Origin: Cenarchaeum sp.
GTDB lineage: Archaea; Thermoproteota; Nitrososphaeria; Nitrososphaerales; Nitrosopumilaceae
Reading direction: 5' to 3'
DNA: 32,000 nt
Assembly (NCBI GenBank): GCA_963693095.2
Contig: OY843768.1
Span: 174,715 to 206,714, forward strand
In this document: positions 17,283 through 24,419 of the stretch, piece by piece
How positions within the stretch are numbered: position 1 is the first letter of the stretch
Layout of the letters: each line of letters begins with the position of its first letter
Notes under the pieces: model-generated
The model's input: only the letters and a program-made list of their open reading frames with translations
Databases searched by the model: none
Told to the model about the DNA's origin: nothing
Position numbers and translations under genes: made by a program

Positions 17283-18191
17283 CTAGATGCCGGCTATGGC
17301 CGCCTTTACGCTAGCTGCTGCAGCATCAAGGACACCGCGCTCGGCCTCGTCCAGGTCGAGCTCGACTATGCTCTCTACGCCGTTGCGCCCTATGATGGCC
17401 GGCACGCCAAGCGCAATTCCCGAATGACCATACTCGCCCTCGAGGGGAGTCGAGACCGGTATGAGCTGCTTTTTGTCGCGCACGATCGACTCGATGAGCG
17501 CGGCTATGGCGTTTCCGGGGGCGTGAACAGTCGCGCCCTTTAGGGATATGACCTTGGCGGCGACCTTTTTTGTCGACTCTACGATCTCGTCTAGCTTTTC
17601 GCGCGGGAGCATGTCAGTCAGCGGTATTCCGGAGACTGAGGAATGGCGGACGAGGGGCAGCATGTTCACGCCGTGCTCGCCGATGACTAGCCCCCTTATC
17701 GAGTCGCGCGACTTGCCAGTTGCCCCGTGTATGAACTCCCTAAAGCGCGACAGGTCAAGCATCCCGCCCATGCCCACGATGCGGCTCCTCTCAAAGCCTG
17801 ACTCCTTGTGGGCCACGTGAACCATGGGATCAAGCGGGTTTGTCACCGGTATTATGATCGAGTCTGGCGCGTGCCTTTTCGTCTCGGCCACGACGCTTGT
17901 GACGACCTTTGAGTTTATCTTTAGGAGGTCCATGCGCGTCATGCCGGGCTTGCGACCTGCGCCGGCCACGACGACCACAATGTCCGAACCGGCCATCTCG
18001 GCATAGTCGTTGGAGCCGCGGACATTGACGTCGATTCCCAGCTCGGCTAGCGCGTGGCTCGTGTCCATCGCCTCGCCCTGCGGGAGGCCTTCTGCAATGT
18101 CGAGGAGGAGTATCTCGGTGTCTAGCCTGCGCAGCGCGCTAAAGAGGGCAGCGTCGCCGCCGACCTTGCCAGAGCCCACAATCGTGATCAT
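17283..18191 (-). CDS. mdh: malate dehydrogenase (LDH-like MDH family)
   Basis: [12 protein letters not shown] Rossmann start, [15 protein letters not shown] (Arg at the substrate-discriminating position), IGEHG. ORF 17283..18260 trimmed to the ATG at 18191, which has a TATA-like GGTTTAATTAC ~25-35 nt upstream. Confidence 0.85.
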   Translation of the reverse strand: MITIVGSGKVGGDAALFSALRRLDTEILLLDIAEGLPQGEAMDTSHALAELGIDVNVRGSNDYAEMAGSDIVVVVAGAGRKPGMTRMDLLKINSKVVTSVVAETKRHAPDSIIIPVTNPLDPMVHVAHKESGFERSRIVGMGGMLDLSRFREFIHGATGKSRDSIRGLVIGEHGVNMLPLVRHSSVSGIPLTDMLPREKLDEIVESTKKVAAKVISLKGATVHAPGNAIAALIESIVRDKKQLIPVSTPLEGEYGHSGIALGVPAIIGRNGVESIVELDLDEAERGVLDAAAASVKAAIAGI

Positions 18192-18298
18192 CTGTGCGCA
18201 GGGGCTCTGTGCTGCGTAATTAAACCTAGTGTGGTCTTTGAGTGTGGGGCCGGCACCCATGTCAGCCTATGCCCGAATAGGCGTAGCGGCCAAGTAAA

Positions 18299-18336
18299 CC
18301 GGCAGAATCAACGCCCATTTGACCAAATGGACATTG
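18299..18336. repeat. repeat unit C (palindrome-containing unit, 3' part missing)
   Basis: CCGGCAGAATCAACGCCCATTTGACCAAATGGACATTG matches the 5' two-thirds of the family consensus. It ends 1 nt from the stop codon of the 18338..18937 gene. Confidence 0.7.
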
Positions 18337-18365
18337 CCTAGAGTGAGAATTCTCGATATTCTTGT
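18337..18365 (-). pseudogene. remnant of the 5' end of the 3-TM gene, fused into the C-terminus of the 18338..18937 ORF
   Basis: GAATATCGAGAATTCTCAC (minus strand) matches GAATATCAAGAATTCTCAC at the start of the 19092..19682 gene (MRISRILT). The ATG is lost, and homology stops at repeat unit C. Confidence 0.5.
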
Positions 18366-18937
18366 GCCTGCGCGCTCTGTGTTCCGAGCAGAGACCCCGC
18401 AATGTCATCATACACCCTGGGCACGCGCTCTTGGTTGATTATGAACCAGCCGCGCGCCTCCTCGATCATCTCCTCGCGCGTGAGCGTCCTGCCCCCTGCG
18501 CGCATCTTGTCCTCAATATAGCACAGCGTCGAGGCGATCTCGAGCCACTCGACGTCATCGATGCGCTCGCGCGCGAGCTCAACAAACTCTTCTCTGCGGC
18601 TCCATTCCTGCGCGGGCTCTGAGTGCAGGTCCTTGAGCCCCCAGATGTCAACCTCGAACCCAAACGCGTGGGGGCTGGTCATGCTCCAGTCATAGACGTA
18701 CCTCTCCAGGTTGGGGCAGTCGAGCCTATGCTTTGCAAAGTAGACGAGTATGTTCAGGGACAGGCGCGTGGCGTTGCTCTTCCAGCTCTGATACATGTCG
18801 CACGGGATGACGCCGGCGTCACAGAGGACATGAAGTATGGGAACCGGGGATCCAGGGACGATCATGCCCCCGTTGGGGAGCGACTCGGTCGGCACCATCC
18901 TGTACCCCTCGACATTGACGTATCCCCGATCCTGCAT
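18338..18937 (-). CDS. hypothetical protein, paralog 1 of a duplicated unknown family (199 aa)
   Basis: MQDRGYVNVEGYRMVPTESLPNGGMIVPGSPVPILHVLCDAGVIPCDMYQSWKSN... is close to nine-tenths identical by eye to the 19679..20254 product. Own TATA-like box 24-33 nt upstream. Confidence 0.6.
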   Translation of the reverse strand: MQDRGYVNVEGYRMVPTESLPNGGMIVPGSPVPILHVLCDAGVIPCDMYQSWKSNATRLSLNILVYFAKHRLDCPNLERYVYDWSMTSPHAFGFEVDIWGLKDLHSEPAQEWSRREEFVELARERIDDVEWLEIASTLCYIEDKMRAGGRTLTREEMIEEARGWFIINQERVPRVYDDIAGSLLGTQSAQAQEYREFSL

Positions 18938-19091
18938 CGGACAGGAAACGGCCCCTGGAGCTTATAATCCTATCCTGAGATACTGCTTTAACCACGAATG
19001 TGCACGGGCAGTCGTCTCCCAAAGACTGACTACCGGATGGTGGAGTATTCGGGATTGGCCGCCATCTCTGCCACATGGCACAATATCTGGG

Positions 19092-19682
19092 CTATGCGCG
19101 CGCTAGATCCTCGCGCACGTTCTTGCCCCGTGTCTCTCTAATGTACTTGGATATTTTCATTGCAGACCCTTGAATCCACTGGATATCGGAGACGTGGACG
19201 GTGTCTTTTTGCAGGTTGCTTATCATCTGATCGACTATACGGAGCGGCTTTGTCTTGAAGCTGCGCTCCACCCTGGCGCTGACCACTGCACTCTTTATGC
19301 TATAGACGTGCATTATGAACATCACCCTGTGGTGATCTGGGACAGTTGCCCTTTGTGGTTCTATAGACGACTTGAAGAGTGCCTCTATGGTACGCTGGCA
19401 CATCTTGTGCAGGGTTGATAGTGACTGGAGCACAGAGTCAGTCTCCTCGCCATACCGAAACCTCTCTGCCTGTTGGGTTATCGTGTAGCTGAACACGCCT
19501 AGCACGTATGCATAGTATCCGCATATGACGGCCACCCCTAGCGCCATCAGGGACGTTAGCAGCGAAATGGCGCCATAGACGCTTCCTGTTGCGATCAGCG
19601 TGCTCCAATAGATCGCCACTAGCCCGCCGCCTATGACTCCGGCGGGAAGCATTCCCAGGGTGAGAATTCTTGATATTCTCAT
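19092..19682 (-). CDS. hypothetical membrane protein (three N-terminal TM helices + ~120-aa soluble C-terminal domain)
   Basis: ILTLGMLPAGVIGGGLVAIYW, SVYGAISLLTSLMALGVAVICGYYAYVLGVF, then a charged domain. Its ATG overlaps the TGA of the upstream paralog-2 gene (ATGA at 19679-19682). More AT-rich than its neighbours by eye. Confidence 0.6.
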   Translation of the reverse strand: MRISRILTLGMLPAGVIGGGLVAIYWSTLIATGSVYGAISLLTSLMALGVAVICGYYAYVLGVFSYTITQQAERFRYGEETDSVLQSLSTLHKMCQRTIEALFKSSIEPQRATVPDHHRVMFIMHVYSIKSAVVSARVERSFKTKPLRIVDQMISNLQKDTVHVSDIQWIQGSAMKISKYIRETRGKNVREDLARA

Positions 19683-20303
19683 GGCTGTGTACCCCCAGTT
19701 CCGAGCAGCGACCCCACAATGTCGTCGTACACCTTGGGCACGCGCTCTTGGTTGATTATGAACCAGTTGTGCGCCTCCTCGATCATCTCCTCGCGCGTGA
19801 GCGTCCTGGACTCTGCGCGCATCTTGTCTTCAATGTAGCACAGCGTCGAGGCGATCTCGAGCCACTCGACGTCATCGATGCGCTCGCGCGCAAGCTTGAC
19901 AAACTCTTCGCTCCTGTCCCACTCTTGCGCGGGCTCTGTGTGCAGGTCCCTGAGCCCCCAGATGTCAACCTCGAACCCAAACGCGTGCGGGCTAGTCATG
20001 CCCCAGTCATAGACATACCTCTCCAGGTTGGGGCAGCCAAGCCTGTGCTTTGCAAAGTAGACGAGTATGTTCAGGGCCAGGGACACGGCGTTGCTCTTCC
20101 AGCTCTGATACATGTCGCACGGGATGACGCCGGCGTCACAGAGGACGTGGAGTATGGGAACCGGGGATCCAGGGACGATCACGCCCCCGTTGGGGATCGA
20201 CTCAGTAGGCACCATCCGGTATCCCTCGGCATTGACGTATCCCTGATCCTGCATCGGACAGGAAGCGACCCCTGGAGCTTATAATCCTACCCTGAGATCC
20301 TGC
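19654..20303. repeat. 650-bp segmental duplication, copy 2
   Basis: See copy 1. The right boundary (20303) abuts repeat unit D (20304). Confidence 0.85.
19679..20254 (-). CDS. hypothetical protein, paralog 2 of the duplicated unknown family (191 aa), translationally coupled to the 3-TM gene
   Basis: MQDQGYVNAEGYRMVPTESIPNGGVIVPGSPVPILHVLCDAGVIPCDMYQSWKSN...; stop/start overlap with 19092..19682; TATA-like box GGATTATAAG upstream. Confidence 0.65.
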   Translation of the reverse strand: MQDQGYVNAEGYRMVPTESIPNGGVIVPGSPVPILHVLCDAGVIPCDMYQSWKSNAVSLALNILVYFAKHRLGCPNLERYVYDWGMTSPHAFGFEVDIWGLRDLHTEPAQEWDRSEEFVKLARERIDDVEWLEIASTLCYIEDKMRAESRTLTREEMIEEAHNWFIINQERVPKVYDDIVGSLLGTGGTQP

Positions 20304-20357
20304 GTATGGGAGCCGACACCACTGCCCATTCGGTCAAATGGGCATTGATCCTGCCGG
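20304..20357. repeat. repeat unit D (full-length palindrome-containing unit, inverted orientation)
   Basis: Reverse complement CCGGCAGGATCAATGCCCATTTGACCGAATGGGCAGTGGTGTCGGCTCCCATAC aligns along its full length with units at 11453-11500 and 14013-14063. Confidence 0.7.
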
Positions 20358-20390
20358 TGCGCTGGCATTATCATCGGCCACGCCCACAAC

Positions 20391-20400
20391 AATTTATATC
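20391..20400 (+). promoter_or_regulatory. TATA-box-like element of the larC-larE-nifS operon
   Basis: AATTTATATC lies 24-33 nt upstream of the larC ATG (20424) and 33 nt downstream of repeat unit D. Confidence 0.45.
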
Positions 20401-20423
20401 ATTTTTGTCGCGCACGGCCAGCC

Positions 20424-21638
20424 ATGGCGCTAGTCATAGACGCACAGGTTGCCGGAATATCCGGAGACATGCTCCTGTGCTCGCTGGTTCACATGGGGGC
20501 CGACCCCGCAAGGATAGAGTCTGCGCTCATGCGTGCGGCCTCTGGCCTCCAGGGCGAGGAGGTCAAGGGCATCTCCTTTGAGCGCGTGAGGCGCCATGGG
20601 CTCGAGGCTACTGCGCTGCGCGTTGACTCGTCTGGCGCGCCACACTCGCGCGCCGCCTCGGAGCTCGCAGCGCACATTGCGTCCTCGGCCGCATCATGCA
20701 AGATATCAGGGCAGGCCGCCTCGTTTGCCTCGCAGAGCGTCCAGACGCTCATCGCCGCCGAGTCGGCAGTTCACGGCGTTGGCGCATCGTCGGTTCACCT
20801 CCACGAGGCTGCCGGAGTCGACACGCTCATTGACATACTCGGCACGGCAATTGCACTCGATGACCTGGGCCTCCTCTCGGAGCGCATAACATGCACCCCC
20901 GTGGCAGTCGGCGGGGGACTCTTAGAGTTCTCACACGGCGTCGCATCCAACCCCGCCGGCGCGATACTCGAGATATTCCGCCGACGCGGCATTGAGATCC
21001 GCGGCGGGCCGGCCGGCGTGGAGCTCACGACACCGACTGGCGCTAGCATGCTCGTCAACCTCGCCTCCTCGTGCGAGCGGTTCTACCCGCCACTCTCGCC
21101 GACTGGCATCGGATATGGCGCCGGCAGCGCCGAGCACGACGCGTTTGCAAACGTTCTCAAGGTCGTGCGCGGGACCGAGTCTGCCGCGCTTGCAGCCGAC
21201 ACGGTCCGCGTGCTTGAGACCAACCTCGATGACGTCACCGGCGAGCTCCTCGGCCACGTCATCGACGAGCTCATGCGCAAGGGTGCGCATGACGTGACTG
21301 TCTCGCCGGCGGTCACAAAAAAGGGGCGGCCCGCAAGCTTGCTGACTGCAATATGCGACGCGCGCTCGTATGATGACGTGCTGCGCGCGCTAGTCGAGGA
21401 GACCGGAACGCTCGGCGTGCGCGTGCGCGACTCGAACAGGGTTGTCGCAAGGAGGGACTCGGCGACTGTCAGGGTCACCGTGGAGGGCAGGCAGTTCGAT
21501 GTGCGCCACAAGGCAGCGCGCGGTGGCATTCCAAAGGTGGAGCACGACGACGTGGCCCGCGTGGCCTCTGAGCTCGGCATGCCGCTGAGGAGAGCACGCC
21601 GCCTCCTCGATGATGCCGTGTCAGGGGGTCGGCAATGA
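20424..21638 (+). CDS. larC: LarC-like (DUF111) nickel insertion protein for the Ni-pincer nucleotide cofactor
   Basis: N-terminus MALVIDAQVAGISGDMLLCSLVHMGADP matches the LarC/UPF0272 start (...GISGDM.LGAL.D.G). ~400 aa, single ORF. Followed by larE with an ATGA overlap. Confidence 0.85.
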   Translation: MALVIDAQVAGISGDMLLCSLVHMGADPARIESALMRAASGLQGEEVKGISFERVRRHGLEATALRVDSSGAPHSRAASELAAHIASSAASCKISGQAASFASQSVQTLIAAESAVHGVGASSVHLHEAAGVDTLIDILGTAIALDDLGLLSERITCTPVAVGGGLLEFSHGVASNPAGAILEIFRRRGIEIRGGPAGVELTTPTGASMLVNLASSCERFYPPLSPTGIGYGAGSAEHDAFANVLKVVRGTESAALAADTVRVLETNLDDVTGELLGHVIDELMRKGAHDVTVSPAVTKKGRPASLLTAICDARSYDDVLRALVEETGTLGVRVRDSNRVVARRDSATVRVTVEGRQFDVRHKAARGGIPKVEHDDVARVASELGMPLRRARRLLDDAVSGGRQ

Positions 21639-22432
21639 CGCGCATCGCCGCGCTGCGATCGTGGTTTGAGGGCCATGACTGCCCGCTAGTGGCGCTCTCT
21701 GGCGGCGTCGACAGCGCGCTAGTCGCCCACGCGGCCCACTCGGTGACGCCCCGCGCAATCGCGTTCACGGCCGACTATCAGGCGCTGCCTCGCGAGGATC
21801 TCGAGGCGGCGCGCAAGACGTGCGACGAGATTGGCATCGAGCACATGGTCGTGCAGTACGACGAGCTCCTCAACGAGTCCTATGCGACAAACACGCCTGA
21901 CCGCTGCTTTCACTGCCGCACAGAGCTCGGCGAGCGCCTAGTCGAGGCCGCGCGGCGCGTCACTGCCGATGTCATAGTCGACGGGACGCATCTCGATGAC
22001 ATGGGCGACTATCGTCCCGGCCTTGAGGCCATGCGCGCTGCCGGCGTGCGCAGCCCGCTCGCCGAGTCTGGACTCACAAAGGACGACGTGCGCGAGTGCG
22101 CGCGCGCCGTCGGGCTCTCGGCGTGCGACAGGCCTGCCAACTCGTGCCTCGCCTCGCGGATACCGTGGGGCCGGCGCGTCACTGCCGAGAGGCTCGCGCG
22201 CATAGAGCTTGCCGAGAGGATTGTGCGCCAGGCCACGGGCATTGGCATCGTGCGCGTTCGCGACACGGGTGATGAGACTGCGCGCATCGAGGTTCCGCAC
22301 GACAGCATCGGTGAGCTGCGGCGCTCGATGGACTCGCAGATATCGCCGCGCCTGCGCACACTGGGGTACCTCGAGGTGAGCGTGAGCGAGCGCGGATACT
22401 CGCAGGGCGGGGCAAACGCGGGGGCGCAATGA
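21635..22432 (+). CDS. larE: LarE-like PP-loop ATP-dependent sulfur transferase
   Basis: PP-loop VALSGGVDSALVA. DRCFHCRTELGERL and ANSCLASRIPWG are LarE-like motifs. Overlaps the larC stop and the nifS start. Confidence 0.85.
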   Translation: MTRIAALRSWFEGHDCPLVALSGGVDSALVAHAAHSVTPRAIAFTADYQALPREDLEAARKTCDEIGIEHMVVQYDELLNESYATNTPDRCFHCRTELGERLVEAARRVTADVIVDGTHLDDMGDYRPGLEAMRAAGVRSPLAESGLTKDDVRECARAVGLSACDRPANSCLASRIPWGRRVTAERLARIELAERIVRQATGIGIVRVRDTGDETARIEVPHDSIGELRRSMDSQISPRLRTLGYLEVSVSERGYSQGGANAGAQ

Positions 22433-23586
22433 TCTACCTCGACAATGCCGCATCGACGCCGATCCACGAGATCGTCCTTGAGGCGATGATGCCGCACCTG
22501 AGCGCCGGCTATGGCAACCCGTCATCGATCCACCGCAGCGGGCGCGATGCGGCACGCGCAATCACTGCGGCGCGCGCACAGGTCGCGGCCCTCATTGGCG
22601 CCGCACCGCACGAGATCATATTCACGTCGGGCGGGACCGAGTCCAACAACATGGCGATACTCGGCCTCGCGCGCGCGCAGCCGAACTCGCATGTGATAAC
22701 GACGCAGATCGAGCACGAGGCGGTTCTTGAGCCGTGCGCGCTCCTCGAGTCAGAGGGCCACGATGTCACGCGCGTGCGTGCCGGCCATGACGGGATCGTC
22801 GATCCGGCCGACGTTGCGTCTGCGATGACTGACAGGACATCGCTCGTGTCAGTCATGACGGCCAACAACGAGGTCGGCACGGTTCAGGACATTGCATCGA
22901 TCGCCTCTGAGTGCGCGCGTCGCGGCGTGCCCCTCCACACCGACGCGGTCCAGGCAGTCGGCAAGATGCCAGTCAATGTCGTGGCGCTAGGCGTCTCGCT
23001 CCTCTCGCTCTCTTCGCACAAGATCAACGGCCCAAAGGGCGCTGGCGCCCTCTATGTGCGCGATGGCCTGCGCCCGTCGCCGATCGTGCGCGGCGGAGGA
23101 CAGGAACGCGGCGTGCGCTCTGGAACCGAGAACGTCGCGGCGATCGTCGGCCTGGGGGCGGCGTGCGCGCTCGCCTCGGCACAGATGGCCGATGACGCCA
23201 CGCGCGTGGCTGCTATGCGCGACGCGCTAGTCGCCGGCGTCAGGGCGCGAATACCGCACTCGTCGCTCAACGGCGATGCCGCAAGGCGCCTGCCGGGCAA
23301 CGCGCACTTTGCGTTCCTTGGCATCCAGGGCGAGGACCTGATAATAAAGCTCGACGAGTGCGGCGTCGCAGCATCGACTGGCTCGGCGTGCTCGATACAC
23401 ACGCAAAAAGAGTCGCACGTCCTGCGCGCGATGGGCATGGGCAAGGAGGCAATCGACGGCTCGCTGCGAATGACTGTCGGCCCGCAGAACACGCAGGCCG
23501 AGATCGACTCGGCCATAGGCGCACTCGAGTCATGCGTCGCGGATCTTCGGCGTGTCTCGCCGTTTAGGCAAAAGTACGGGTTTTAG
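22429..23586 (+). CDS. nifS: cysteine desulfurase (NifS/IscS class V aminotransferase)
   Basis: IYLDNAASTP, FTSGGTESNN, PLP-lysine context SLSSHKINGPKGAGALYVR, active-site STGSACS. Confidence 0.9.
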   Translation: MIYLDNAASTPIHEIVLEAMMPHLSAGYGNPSSIHRSGRDAARAITAARAQVAALIGAAPHEIIFTSGGTESNNMAILGLARAQPNSHVITTQIEHEAVLEPCALLESEGHDVTRVRAGHDGIVDPADVASAMTDRTSLVSVMTANNEVGTVQDIASIASECARRGVPLHTDAVQAVGKMPVNVVALGVSLLSLSSHKINGPKGAGALYVRDGLRPSPIVRGGGQERGVRSGTENVAAIVGLGAACALASAQMADDATRVAAMRDALVAGVRARIPHSSLNGDAARRLPGNAHFAFLGIQGEDLIIKLDECGVAASTGSACSIHTQKESHVLRAMGMGKEAIDGSLRMTVGPQNTQAEIDSAIGALESCVADLRRVSPFRQKYGF

Positions 23587-24407
23587 GCCCGCGCAAAGCG
23601 CGCCGAGGCGACAGTTGCTGCCGCAATGGAGACTGCGAGCACGACCATGACCACGGCGCCGAACTCGGGTATCACGCACGTTCCGACGACCTCTATTCTC
23701 CGCTCGCCCTCAAAAAAGCCCACGCTAAACGTGTTGGCCGACTCGCCGCGCTCGACGGTGTATCCGGCCGGCTCGTCGACCTGCCTGCCGTCAACTAGGA
23801 CGATAAAGCCCTCGTCGCTGCCCTCGCATCCGGACGACCTTGCGTCAAAGTATGACCTGCTAGCCGTGAACGATATGTTCCCGTCAGAGACGGGGTTGAC
23901 ATAGACTGTGAGGCCCAGTGCCTCGCGGCTGATCGCCATGTCCGTGACAGTCCCGCCGGATATCGTGTACGCTATGCTGCCCTCCTCGCCGTCGCCAATG
24001 TCGACTGTGGATGTGCCCTCGACGGTCTCCGGACCGACCTCGACTGGCTCGAGGCTCAGCTCAAATGACTGCCGTGCCGTGACGCCCTCCTTGTACGATG
24101 CCTGGACGCTGTACTGACCCTCCTCCCAGACGTCGCCGTCGGTGTTGATTATTGTCGCAAACGACCCGTCGCGCGAGACGTCGAGCTGGTCGACTGCTAT
24201 GACGTTGCTGCCCCACTTTACCTGGAGCGTTACGGGTATGTCCCCCACGCGCGGCTCGACGTTGCCTGATATGACGATCTTGTCCCCACGCTCATAGACG
24301 GCATCGAGCTCGACTACGGTGATGGTCTGGGCCGCTGCAGGAACGGCCATCGAGAGGGCCGCGATTGAGACAATGATTGCGAGATTTCTCACGCTGGCCA
24401 TGGCCAT
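23583..24407 (-). CDS. secreted surface protein with PEFG + TM + basic-tail C-terminal sorting signal
   Basis: Signal-like N-terminus (MAMASVRNLAIIVSIAALSMAVPAAAQT) and C-terminus ...GTCVIPEFGAVVMVVLAVSIAAATVASARFARA. Paralogous to the next gene. Confidence 0.7.
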   Translation of the reverse strand: MAMASVRNLAIIVSIAALSMAVPAAAQTITVVELDAVYERGDKIVISGNVEPRVGDIPVTLQVKWGSNVIAVDQLDVSRDGSFATIINTDGDVWEEGQYSVQASYKEGVTARQSFELSLEPVEVGPETVEGTSTVDIGDGEEGSIAYTISGGTVTDMAISREALGLTVYVNPVSDGNISFTASRSYFDARSSGCEGSDEGFIVLVDGRQVDEPAGYTVERGESANTFSVGFFEGERRIEVVGTCVIPEFGAVVMVVLAVSIAAATVASARFARA

Positions 24408-24419
24408 GCGCGCAACGTC

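Larger units (their letters stand above)
18337..18986. repeat. 650-bp segmental duplication, copy 1
   Basis: Collinear with 19654-20303 at a constant offset of 1317 nt, with no net indels and high identity by eye. Covers a remnant of the 3-TM gene start, the unknown gene and its TATA box (CTTATAATCC). Confidence 0.85.

Noticed and set aside
16539-17543. 334-aa plus-strand ORF spanning larB and the 3' end of mdh
   Set aside because: It is antisense to two genes with clear family signatures. Its Ala/Ser/Pro/Arg-rich product is typical of shadow ORFs in GC-rich DNA. The same reasoning applies to 3320..4183(-), 5475..5954(-), 10117..10623(+), 10633..11280(+), 21083..21676(-), 22009..22561(-), 23052..23516(-), 25477..26644(+), 27214..27833(+), 30886..31449(+) and 31333..31803(-).
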